Assembly: GCA_002499455.1 (NCBI GenBank)
Contig: DALN01000059.1
Coordinates: 1 to 35,607 of the forward strand
DNA: 35,607 nt
Direction of reading: 5' to 3'
Source: Methanoculleus sp. UBA77
GTDB taxonomy: Archaea; Halobacteriota; Methanomicrobia; Methanomicrobiales; Methanoculleaceae
A program made the translations under genes and the position numbers. The number at the start of each line of letters is the position of its first letter. Positions within the stretch are counted from its first letter, which is position 1. Of this stretch, positions 16,658-25,165 are shown piece after piece. Under the pieces are notes generated by a model. The model saw nothing but the letters and a program-made list of their open reading frames with translations, was not told the origin of the DNA and made no database searches.

Positions 16658-17464
16658 ATGGCAGAACGATTTGAGATGGACTCAAGGTTTCGTGGCGAGA
16701 GCCTCGTCCGGCGGGGCCTGCTTCGCGAGACCAGGAGCGAACGGCAGATCAGGATCATGCCGGAGTTGAACGTCGTCAAGATCGGCGGCCACGGGGTCAT
16801 CGACTACGGAAAGGAGGTGATGTTCCCGCTTATCGACGAGATCGGAGAACTCTCCCGGAAGAACAAGATCCTGGTCGCCACCGGCGGCGGTGTCCGGGTG
16901 CGGCACATCCTCGACGTCGGGATCGACCTCGGCATGCCGACGGGGGTGCTTGCGGAACTGGCGGGCAAGGTCAGCGAGCAGAACGCGATCATGATGTCCA
17001 TCCTCTTCTCGAAGTACAACGGCACCCGGATCCACACCGACGATCTCTTAAACCTCCCCTCGATCCTGTCGCTCGGTATGCTGCCGGTCGTCCAGGGCAC
17101 CCCGCCCTACGGTCTCTACGAGCACCCCCCGAAACTCGGGAGCATTCCTCCGCACCGGACCGATACCGGCGCATTCCTGATGGCCGAGGTGGTCGGCGGG
17201 AAGAACTGCATCCTCGGGAAGAACGTGGACGGCCTCTATACCGAGAACCCGTTCGTGAACCCCGACGCCGAGTTCATCCCGGAGATAACCGCCGACGAGC
17301 TCCTGGAGATGGAGATGGAGGATATGGTGCTCGAACCGATGGCGGTCGAGCTCCTCCGGGACGCCGTCCACGTCAGAGAGATCAAGGTGGTGAACGCCCA
17401 CATCCCCGGCAATATCACAAAGGCCGTCAACGGGGAACGGGTCGGCACCGTCATCCGGGCCTGA
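16658..17464 (+). CDS. Molybdenum storage protein (MoSto, MosA/MosB) homologue, amino-acid-kinase fold
   Basis: ESL...IRIMPELNVVKIGG-x-x-VID-x-G, TGGGVRVRH, GIDLGMPTGVLAEL, QNA, PPY, IPPHRTDTGAFLMAE, NVDGLYTENP, HVREIKVVN-x-x-x-PGNIT-x-A-x-x-GE-x-VGTVI follow the Azotobacter vinelandii MosA/MosB sequences (as remembered) over the full length, including the N-terminal arm that UMP kinases lack. Confidence 0.85.
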   Translation: MAERFEMDSRFRGESLVRRGLLRETRSERQIRIMPELNVVKIGGHGVIDYGKEVMFPLIDEIGELSRKNKILVATGGGVRVRHILDVGIDLGMPTGVLAELAGKVSEQNAIMMSILFSKYNGTRIHTDDLLNLPSILSLGMLPVVQGTPPYGLYEHPPKLGSIPPHRTDTGAFLMAEVVGGKNCILGKNVDGLYTENPFVNPDAEFIPEITADELLEMEMEDMVLEPMAVELLRDAVHVREIKVVNAHIPGNITKAVNGERVGTVIRA

Positions 17465-17551
17465 CGACCCCGGAGTCAATCTCTTTTCATTAACAGGAGA
17501 GAAGTCTTATTTAGCCTTGCAGAAGGATCAGTACAGTATACGAGCGATCCC

Positions 17552-18250
17552 ATGACCCTCTATCTTGGCATTGACGACACCGACACCCGCGAGTCCCGGG
17601 GAACCGGGCGGCTCGCCCGCACGATTGCAGCAGAACTCGCCAGGAGATACACCGTGACGGGGGTGACCCGGCACCAGCTCTTTGTCCATCCCGCCGTCCC
17701 CTACACCTCTCACAACAGCTCCGCGGTCATCCACATCGAGGAGACAGGGAACGGTGCCGCGGCCGATGTCTTTGCGACGGCAAAGGAACTGATGCTCGCC
17801 GACTTCATCGAGGGGAGCGACCCCGGCATCTGCGTCGCGGCCGGGTCTGCTGTCGGGGACGAGGTCTCCCGTTTCGGGCTCTCGGCAAAGACGAGCCTCG
17901 TGACGCAGGAAGAGGCGCGCGCGCTCGCCCGCGGCGCAGGAATCCTCCTCAAGGGGCTCGGCGGCACCGAGGACGGCGTGATCGGCGCGCTTGCCGGCGT
18001 CGGGCTCGCGGCATCGGGGAACGACGGTCGGTTCGTCCAGAAGGGAACGATCCGGGATCTCCGGGGCATCCAGACGGTCGCCGCGATCCTCGCCTCAGGC
18101 GTCGACCGGGTCCAGACCCGCGACGGCGCTGCGGTCGGCGAAGGCACCGTCGCCATCCGGAAATTCCCGAAACCCGCCTTCATCGGCGGGAATGCCGTCC
18201 TCTTCGTCGAGCCCGACGGCGACGCCTACCATGACATCGTGGTTGGGTGA
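17552..18250 (+). CDS. Stand-alone TiaS-type GIDDTD domain protein (function unknown)
   Basis: LYLGIDDTD...GT, R-x-QL-x-x-x-P-x-VPYTSHNS, SDPGI, G-x-IGALAGVG mirror the N-terminal catalytic region of TiaS/methanogenesis-marker-11 proteins; only 232 aa, no OB-fold or Zn ribbon, no signal peptide. Confidence 0.7.
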   Translation: MTLYLGIDDTDTRESRGTGRLARTIAAELARRYTVTGVTRHQLFVHPAVPYTSHNSSAVIHIEETGNGAAADVFATAKELMLADFIEGSDPGICVAAGSAVGDEVSRFGLSAKTSLVTQEEARALARGAGILLKGLGGTEDGVIGALAGVGLAASGNDGRFVQKGTIRDLRGIQTVAAILASGVDRVQTRDGAAVGEGTVAIRKFPKPAFIGGNAVLFVEPDGDAYHDIVVG

Positions 18251-18353
18251 CAGCGGCCTGAACGACCGCATCCACCCAAACTCATCTTCAGCCGGCCGCT
18301 CCGTGTAAAATAAGTAAACGTAATCAAGTTAACACCGGCGCAAAACAACAGTG

Positions 18354-18360
18354 TTTAAGT
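18354..18360 (+). promoter_or_regulatory. TATA-like box of second tup operon
   Basis: TTTAAGT preceded by A-rich CAAAACAACA, 20-30 nt before the candidate tupA starts. Confidence 0.45.
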
Positions 18361-18380
18361 GTGAGTCTCGCGACATCTCC

Positions 18381-19316
18381 ATGATATTTATGGTTAGACG
18401 AACCCTTTTTGCCGTTGCTGCCGTCATGGTCGCTTTCCTGCTCATTTGCGGCTGTACCGGGACGACAACCGATCAGACTCCCGTAGAGAAGCAGCAACTC
18501 CGTATCGCGACGACGACGAGTCTTGACGACACCAAGCTCCTCGCCCACCTCACCCCGATCTTCGAGGAGAAGTACAACGCCGAGGTGCTGATCGTCTCCG
18601 CTGGAACCGGCAAGGCGCTCGAGTACGGGCAGCGGGGCGACGTGGACGTCATGATGGTCCACGACCGCGCGCGTGAAGACACCTTCATCGCCGACGGCTA
18701 CGGCATCAACCGGCGCGTATTCGCCTACAACTACTTCGTCCTCGTCGGACCGGAGTCCGACCCGGCGGGTGTCGCGAACATGGCCCCCGAAGCAGCCTTC
18801 ACCGCCATCCGCGAGAAGGGAACGGCCGGCGACGCGAACGTGATCTTCGTCTCCCGCGGCGATGCATCGGGCACGCACTCCAAAGAGCAGTCCCTCTGGA
18901 AGGCCGCCGGATTCAACTACACAACGGAAGTGAAGGGCTCCGGCGACTGGTACCAGGAGGCCGGAACGGGCATGGGCGCGACCCTTGAGATGGCGAACGA
19001 GAAAGAGGCCTACACCCTCTCCGACATCGGCACCTTCCTCGCCTACAAGGGCGACCTCGATCTCGTGCCGATCGTGGACGAGGGCGACAGCCTCCTCAAC
19101 GTCTACTGCGCGATGCAGATCAACCCGGCGAAGTACCCCGACATCAACAGCACCGTCGCGAAGGACTGGATCAACTTCCTGATCTCCGACGAGATCCAGC
19201 AGGAGATCGCCTCCTTCGGCGTCGACAAGTACGGCCAGCCCCTCTTCTATGCGGCCCAGGACGACTGGGAGAAGATCGGCGTGACCGAGGCTGAAGTGAA
19301 GGACCCGATCGCCTGA
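18381..19316 (+). CDS. tupA: Tungstate-binding lipoprotein (second copy)
   Basis: LRIATTTS, GTGKAL, GDVDVMMVHDR, YNYFVLVGP, FVSRGDASGTH, YTLSD; lipobox ICGC. Start is ATG 18381 or 18390. Confidence 0.93.
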   Translation: MIFMVRRTLFAVAAVMVAFLLICGCTGTTTDQTPVEKQQLRIATTTSLDDTKLLAHLTPIFEEKYNAEVLIVSAGTGKALEYGQRGDVDVMMVHDRAREDTFIADGYGINRRVFAYNYFVLVGPESDPAGVANMAPEAAFTAIREKGTAGDANVIFVSRGDASGTHSKEQSLWKAAGFNYTTEVKGSGDWYQEAGTGMGATLEMANEKEAYTLSDIGTFLAYKGDLDLVPIVDEGDSLLNVYCAMQINPAKYPDINSTVAKDWINFLISDEIQQEIASFGVDKYGQPLFYAAQDDWEKIGVTEAEVKDPIA

Positions 19317-19336
19317 ACGGGCCGGAACTCACACCC

Positions 19337-19342
19337 TTTTTT
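19337..19342 (+). terminator. Intra-operon oligo-T tract between tupA and tupB
   Basis: TTTTTT 20 nt after the tupA stop; would give excess binding-protein transcript. Confidence 0.4.
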
Positions 19343-19372
19343 GCCTCCGGCGAACCACAGTAGGTGTAGAGC

Positions 19373-20074
19373 ATGTACGAGATCATCGAGGGATTCCTGG
19401 AGGCCGCACGGCTCATTGTCACGCTCGACCCCGACGTGATAGCCATATCCGTGCGGAGCATCATCATCTCGCTCACCGCGACCGTGCTCGCCAGTCTCGT
19501 CGCCGTTCCGCTCGGCGCCGCGATCTACTTCGGCACCTTCCCGGGCAGGAAGAGCCTGATCAACCTGATCCAGACGCTCTACTCCCTGCCGACGGTCGTC
19601 GTCGGGCTTCTCATCTTCCTGCTCATATCCCGGGTCGGGCCGTTCGGCTTCATGCGGCTGCTCTTCACCCCGACCGCGATGGTCATCGCGCAGACGATCC
19701 TCGTCCTCCCGATCATGACCGGGCTCACGATCTCCGCGCTCTCCGGGGTCGACCCGGTCATCAGGGATACCCTCCGCTCGCTCGGCGCGACCCGTCTCCA
19801 GTTCCTCGCGAACATCATGAGGGAGGCGAAATTTGCACTCCTCGCGACCGTCGCGATCGGTTTTGGCCGGGCAATATCCGAGGTCGGGGCGGCGATCCTT
19901 GTCGGCGGCAACATCATGGCGTCGTCGTTCGCGAGCTCGACCCGGGTCCTGACGACAGCGATCTCCCTCGAAACCTCGATGGGGAACATCTCGGAGTCGA
20001 TCGCGCTCGGGATCATCCTCCTTGCCATCGCCCTCGCCGTCAACCTCGTCATCACCACGATCCAGCACAGGTAG
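19373..20074 (+). CDS. tupB: Tungstate ABC permease (second copy)
   Basis: LPTVVVGL, GPFGFMRLLFTP, GFGRAISEVG, VGGNI, TRVLTTAISL. Confidence 0.9.
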   Translation: MYEIIEGFLEAARLIVTLDPDVIAISVRSIIISLTATVLASLVAVPLGAAIYFGTFPGRKSLINLIQTLYSLPTVVVGLLIFLLISRVGPFGFMRLLFTPTAMVIAQTILVLPIMTGLTISALSGVDPVIRDTLRSLGATRLQFLANIMREAKFALLATVAIGFGRAISEVGAAILVGGNIMASSFASSTRVLTTAISLETSMGNISESIALGIILLAIALAVNLVITTIQHR

Positions 20075-20079
20075 AACCC

Positions 20080-21150
20080 ATGATTGAACTTGAAGGCGTG
20101 AGAAAACAGTTCGATGAGAAGATCGTCCTCGACGGTGTTGTGGGACGGATCGAGCGGGGGGAGATCTTCGCCGTCATCGGCCCCTCCGGGTCGGGGAAGT
20201 CGACCCTGCTCCGCCTCATCGACCTCCTCGACACCCCGACGGGGGGAGCGATCCGGGTCAATGGGGCCGATATCCATGCCGGGAAGAGCCTCGCCATCCA
20301 GCGGATGATGGGGATGGTCTTCCAGAAGCCCGCCGTCTTCAACACGACGGTCGCGGAGAACATCGCCGTCGGGCTCCGGTTCAGGGGGGCGAGGGAGGCG
20401 GCGATCCGCGAAAAGGTCGAGGAGGCTCTCGAGATGGTCGATCTTTCCGGCTACGGCGACCGGCGGGCCCGGACGCTCTCGGGCGGGGAGATGCAGCGGG
20501 TGGCCCTTGCCCGGGCGATGGTGATCGAGCCCGAGATCCTCCTCATGGACGAACCGACGGCGAACCTCGACCCGGTCTCGGTGGCGACGATCGAGGACCT
20601 GGTCGTCCGGATCAACCGCGACCTCGGCACGACCGTCCTCATCAGCACCCACGATATGTACCAGGGCCAGCGGCTCGCCCACCGGCTCGGCGTGCTGATG
20701 AACGGGGTCTTCGCGCAGGTGGGAACCCCGCGGGAGGTCTTCACCCTTCCGGCAAGCCGCGAGGTCGCCCGGTTCGTGGGGATCGAGAACATCGTCGACG
20801 GTGTCGTCGTCGGGGAGAACGGCGCCACCGCGGTCGATGCCGGCGGCGTCCGGGTGAGGGTTGCTGCGCCGCTCGCACCGGGGGAGAGGGTCAGCCTCTG
20901 CATCCGGTCGGAGGACCTGCGGATCGCCCCGGCGGATGCCGCGAAAGCCCCCCCCGGCAAGAACGCCCTCCCCGGCACCGTGGCCTCGATCGTCCCCCGC
21001 GGCCCGTTCAGCAGGGTGACGGTCGACTGCGGCTTTGCGCTCTCGTCCGTCATCTCCTGGAAGAGGGTGGACGACCTCGATCTCCGGGAGGGGAGCAGCG
21101 TTACGGTCTCGTTCGCGCCGGAGTCGGTCCACGCCGTCCGGCGGGAGTGA
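20080..21150 (+). CDS. tupC: Tungstate ABC ATPase with TOBE extension (second copy)
   Basis: GPSGSGKST, LSGGEMQ, MDEPTANLDP, STHD; C-terminal VDCG TOBE region. Confidence 0.87.
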   Translation: MIELEGVRKQFDEKIVLDGVVGRIERGEIFAVIGPSGSGKSTLLRLIDLLDTPTGGAIRVNGADIHAGKSLAIQRMMGMVFQKPAVFNTTVAENIAVGLRFRGAREAAIREKVEEALEMVDLSGYGDRRARTLSGGEMQRVALARAMVIEPEILLMDEPTANLDPVSVATIEDLVVRINRDLGTTVLISTHDMYQGQRLAHRLGVLMNGVFAQVGTPREVFTLPASREVARFVGIENIVDGVVVGENGATAVDAGGVRVRVAAPLAPGERVSLCIRSEDLRIAPADAAKAPPGKNALPGTVASIVPRGPFSRVTVDCGFALSSVISWKRVDDLDLREGSSVTVSFAPESVHAVRRE

Positions 21151-21400
21151 GGGGGGGGCCTCCAGCGCCCGGACCCCGGCCCGCCAGAACGACACTTTTT
21201 GTGGACGAACCCCACTTCCGCCCGTTCAACTCGCTCCAGGCAGCCACGTTCTGAGAGCCGGAACGAGACGGCGGTCAGGAGGTCGAGGACCGGGGCCCAT
21301 GATCTCGTTGGAGTATACTCCGGCATAAGTACCTGTTTTCATCGGAGTATAAGCGAACTAAACCGGCGTGCCGGCACCCGGCACCGTGCCCGCGTCACCT

Positions 21401-22786
21401 TCAGGGAAGCGCGTCGTCCTCCGCCAGGTGCTCCCGCACCTCGCGAAGGTGCGCATCAAGCCGCCTCCTGAACTCCCGGCGGTCGAGCGCCCGCGCCTCG
21501 TGGCCATCAAGCTGCAGGATCCGGTCGGCCTGCGCGATCAGGATATCGAGCGACGAGGCGGCGAAGAGGACCGCCGTCTCGCCGAGCGCCTCGCGCCGGG
21601 TCGCAAGCAGCGTCGCAAGCGGCGTCACCTCCCCGCTCTGGAGACAGCCCGGCACCAGGAGATTCGTCGCGGAGCGGTCCTCGTCGAGGATGAGGAGCGG
21701 GGCTGCCGCCCGGACCGCGGCCTGGAACTCCTCCGCCATCACGAGCGAACCGCTTCCCCGACCGAATGCCGCCCGGGGCGTGCCTGAAAGCCCCGGCGGG
21801 AGGCTCTTGAAGAAGAGGCTGACGTCCGCCCCGGCGAGGTCCCGCTCGCCCGCCTCGGCCCGGGCGACCCCCTCGACACTGACGAGGAGTTCCCGGCCGT
21901 CCCCGGCGGCGTGATCGTCCTGCCCCGCGACGACCGCGTGGAGGAAGGTGCTCTTCCCCTCGGCGTTCGAGCCCGCGACCGCGAAGGCCTCTCGCCGCCG
22001 GAGGCCGAGGCCGGTCACGACCCTCCCGCTCCCGGCGAGCTCCACCTCGACCGGGTCGAGGGCGGCCGGGCAGCGGAAGGGGATATGGACGCCCTCCTTC
22101 GGCCCCGCGATCCGGGGATGGCACCGGAGCGGGGTGAAGGTGCGCGCCGGCCGGGTCCCGTCGGCGATGAACGCGACGAGCCCCATCCCGGGGAGAGCGC
22201 CCCGGAGGGCCTTCTGGTCGACCGAGAGGTCACGCGCCGCCGCAAGGGTCCGCTCCGGCACCCGGCGCACGACGCGGTCGAGGGCCTCGATGAGCGCGCT
22301 GAAGCCATCCATGACCTCCCCGATCGCGCCGGGGGTCGGGGGACCGGGGTAGGGGAGGGCGCCCCGGACAACGAGATGGAGCCCGGCATCGTCGATCCGG
22401 TTCCCGTCGTCCGGCCGCCAGAGGTCGGTCCCGACGGCGCTCCGTGATGCGATCAGCGTGACCGGCTCCACGTTCGGGAGGCAGTGGCGGGGGTGCTCCG
22501 TCCCGGTCCCTGCAATCGGGCCGAGAGCCCGCTCGGCGGGGACCGCCGCCTTGATCGCCTCGATCAGCACCCCGGCGGCCCCGTCGGCGCCCGGACCCGA
22601 CGCGCCCGGCGGTGCCCGGAGGAGGAGGGGGATGCTGAACCGGAGCGCCGTCGTATCGAGCGACCGGACGAGATAGGTGTTGACCAGGTCCCGCACCGCC
22701 TCCCGCTCGATGCGTGCCCGGCCGTCCCCGACACCCGCGACGATCCGGTGAACCTGCCCCTGCCAGGAGCCCTCCGTTCCGCTCAT
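21401..22786 (-). CDS. Soluble P-loop ATPase of the 'ABC_ATPase' (predicted ABC-class ATPase) family
   Basis: GLVAFIADG, VTGLGL, Walker A-like GSNAEGKST, H-x-x-GDGRE, SGS, LILDEDRSATNLL. Confidence 0.75.
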   Translation of the reverse strand: MSGTEGSWQGQVHRIVAGVGDGRARIEREAVRDLVNTYLVRSLDTTALRFSIPLLLRAPPGASGPGADGAAGVLIEAIKAAVPAERALGPIAGTGTEHPRHCLPNVEPVTLIASRSAVGTDLWRPDDGNRIDDAGLHLVVRGALPYPGPPTPGAIGEVMDGFSALIEALDRVVRRVPERTLAAARDLSVDQKALRGALPGMGLVAFIADGTRPARTFTPLRCHPRIAGPKEGVHIPFRCPAALDPVEVELAGSGRVVTGLGLRRREAFAVAGSNAEGKSTFLHAVVAGQDDHAAGDGRELLVSVEGVARAEAGERDLAGADVSLFFKSLPPGLSGTPRAAFGRGSGSLVMAEEFQAAVRAAAPLLILDEDRSATNLLVPGCLQSGEVTPLATLLATRREALGETAVLFAASSLDILIAQADRILQLDGHEARALDRREFRRRLDAHLREVREHLAEDDALP

Positions 22787-22882
22787 CCCCTCTCACCAGA
22801 TGATGGTATCCCGGACCCCAAGGGCTTTGTGCAGACCTCCCTTCCCTGGTCTTAAATACCCGCACCGACCACCATTTCTACA

Positions 22883-23668
22883 ATGGAACTGACGGTGCTT
22901 GCGAGCGGGAGCAAAGGAAACTGCGCCTATCTGAAAGGAGAGGGGGGTGCGCTCCTCATCGACGCGGGGCTCTCCGCACGCGAGATCCTTCGCCGTCTCG
23001 AAAATGCCGGCGCCGACGCATCGGCTATCGAGGCCATCCTGGTCACCCACGAGCATATCGACCACGTCCGGGGCGTCGACGTCCTCGCACGGCGGCTCCG
23101 GATTCCCGTCTACGCGACCGGCGGTACGCTTGCGGGATTCTCGACAAAGTGCGGGACGACACAGGCCGAGATGCGCCGGTGCAGGTGCGGGGAGGCGTTC
23201 ACCATCGGCGACTTCTCGGTCGAGGCCTTCGCCACCTCCCACGACGCCCGCGAGCCCTGCGGTTTCTCTGTCACCGAGGGCGGCCTCCGTATCGGGTGCT
23301 GCACCGACACCGGCACCGTCACCACGACCATCTTCGACCGGCTCGCCTCCTGCGACGCCGTCCTGCTCGAGAGCAACCACTGCCCGAAGATGCTGGAAGA
23401 AGGCCCGTATCCCGTCTACCTCAAGAGCAGGATACGCTCAAAGCACGGACACCTCTCGAACCCCGACGCCGCCCGCTGCCTCCAGGCGCTCGCCGGCAAA
23501 GTCCACATGGCGATGCTCGCTCACTTAAGCGAGGTCAACAACACGCACGACATAGCCCTTCATACCGCGCTCGAAGGGCTCGGCTTCTACTCCGACCAGG
23601 TCGCCGTCACTGTGGCGCCCCAGGACCCGGGCCCCGTGCACCCGGAGTGCTGCGGCCTCCGCCTCTGA
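22883..23668 (+). CDS. MBL-fold metallo-hydrolase (YycJ/WalJ-like)
   Basis: LASGSKGN, IDAG, THEHIDH, SHD, TDTG, ESNH, GHLSN, HLSEVNN. Confidence 0.9.
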   Translation: MELTVLASGSKGNCAYLKGEGGALLIDAGLSAREILRRLENAGADASAIEAILVTHEHIDHVRGVDVLARRLRIPVYATGGTLAGFSTKCGTTQAEMRRCRCGEAFTIGDFSVEAFATSHDAREPCGFSVTEGGLRIGCCTDTGTVTTTIFDRLASCDAVLLESNHCPKMLEEGPYPVYLKSRIRSKHGHLSNPDAARCLQALAGKVHMAMLAHLSEVNNTHDIALHTALEGLGFYSDQVAVTVAPQDPGPVHPECCGLRL

Positions 23669-23670
23669 CC

Positions 23671-24972
23671 TCACACCTGCCGGAACGTGCAGACCATGCC
23701 GATCACGGCACCCCCGGCGTCGACGATCGGCTCGGCCGCGACGTGGACCGGGAGCCGGGAGCCATCGTTTCTCACGACCACCGTCTCGCCTGCCCACTTC
23801 GCGGACCCGCCCCGGGCGAGCACCTCGGATGCGAGCATTCCGGCAGCATCGCCGCCGGAGAGAAGAGACCAGACCGGGAGACCGGCGAGCTCCTCCCCGG
23901 AATAGCCGGTCAGGCGCTCCGCCTCCATGTTGACGACGACGACCGCCCCGGTCTGATCGGTGGTGATCTTCGCCTCCTCGGGGCCGGCCGCCTCCAGGGT
24001 GCCCTGCTCGATCGATGAGTCCAGCCACTCCTCCACGGCCTTCCGCTCCGTCATCTCGATGTAGTAGAGGAGGCGCTCGAACTGCCGGTTCGCACGCTCG
24101 AGATCTCTCGTCCGCTCCGCGACGAGTTCTTCCAGGTGCTCGCGGTGGCGGTGCAGTTCCTGCTCCGCCTCCTTCCTCTCCGTGATATCCCTGATGACTG
24201 CGAGGAGATGCGTATCGTAGAGCGGCATGATGCGGGCTTCGTAGTGCCGGATCTCCGCCCCGGTATCCGCGCAGGCGAACTCGAACGGCATTGGAGGCGC
24301 GTCGGTCCGGGCGGCCTCCTGCAGTGCAGCCTCAAGCGCCTCCCCGGCCCCGGCAGGGAGGAGGTCCTGCAACCGCCGGCCGAGCAGAGCCCGGAAGGCG
24401 AGCGGCACCCCCGCAAGCCTCCCGGCCCGATAGTCGAGGATCGTCCCGTCGGTGTTCAGGCGGAGGAAGAGGTCGGGGAAGGCCTCGATCACCGCGGTCA
24501 GTTCGGATGTCACCTGCCTGAGATGCTCCTCGACCAGGGCGTGCTCGGTCACGTCCCGGACGGCAAGCAGGCTGTAGCCGCCCTCGACCGGCGCCCGCCG
24601 GATCTCGAGGTCCCGCACCCTCCCGTCGCGGCGGACCACGCTCGCGACCAGGGCGTTCCGGCCGCCCTGCAGGAGTTCCCGTACCAGACCCCGCACCTTC
24701 TGCCGGTATATCGGGTTCGGGTGAGCACGCTCAAACCATGCAGAGAGGGTCGGCACATCCTCCCGGGTATACCCGGTGATCCGGGTGAACGCCTCGTTGA
24801 GGTACCGGCAGGCACCCTCGCCGTCCACCAGAACAAGTCCGTCCGGCACTTCACGGAGGATCGAGAGGTAGATGACATCCTCTCCAGGGCGCGGGGACTC
24901 CCGGGATTCTCCGGCGCTGCCGGTCCCGGATCGTTCCTTCCCGGTGCCTTGAAAGGTGTTGTCTTCCGTCAT
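23671..24972 (-). CDS. Multi-PAS sensor protein without output domain
   Basis: PAS units (LNEAFTRITGYTRE...RDVTE; EAFPDLF...RDITE; VNMEAERLTGYS), coiled coil HREHLEELVAERT; no HisKA/HATPase motifs. Confidence 0.85.
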   Translation of the reverse strand: MTEDNTFQGTGKERSGTGSAGESRESPRPGEDVIYLSILREVPDGLVLVDGEGACRYLNEAFTRITGYTREDVPTLSAWFERAHPNPIYRQKVRGLVRELLQGGRNALVASVVRRDGRVRDLEIRRAPVEGGYSLLAVRDVTEHALVEEHLRQVTSELTAVIEAFPDLFLRLNTDGTILDYRAGRLAGVPLAFRALLGRRLQDLLPAGAGEALEAALQEAARTDAPPMPFEFACADTGAEIRHYEARIMPLYDTHLLAVIRDITERKEAEQELHRHREHLEELVAERTRDLERANRQFERLLYYIEMTERKAVEEWLDSSIEQGTLEAAGPEEAKITTDQTGAVVVVNMEAERLTGYSGEELAGLPVWSLLSGGDAAGMLASEVLARGGSAKWAGETVVVRNDGSRLPVHVAAEPIVDAGGAVIGMVCTFRQV

Positions 24973-25165
24973 CGTAACCCCATCATGGTCTTCGTATATT
25001 CAGGCCCGTGAGTGCCGTATGTAGAGAGTTAGGCCCGTCGCCATACATATACTCATCGTTCTTTCTCCAGCCCCCATTATCGAGATCAGCCTTTTTCGAC
25101 AGAGATCCGAAGCATTTCGGATAAGAGGCACGGAATGGAGAGAGTGAGAAACTCGTGACATATGG

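Noticed and set aside
16658-17464. Call as uridylate kinase (pyrH)
   Set aside because: Same fold, but the N-terminal arm and PPY/PPHRTD motifs match MoSto, and the context is W/Mo transport rather than translation or pyrimidine genes.
17552-18250. Call as tiaS or as an ABC substrate-binding protein
   Set aside because: Far too short for TiaS with no OB/Zn-ribbon domains; no signal peptide or lipobox for a binding protein.
20072-20082. Stop-codon readthrough fusing tupB and tupC
   Set aside because: The TAG and the next ATG are in different frames; no recoding signal seen.
24763-24776. 14-bp palindrome CCGGGTATACCCGG
   Set aside because: Lies within the PAS coding sequence (TGYTR motif); explained by codons.
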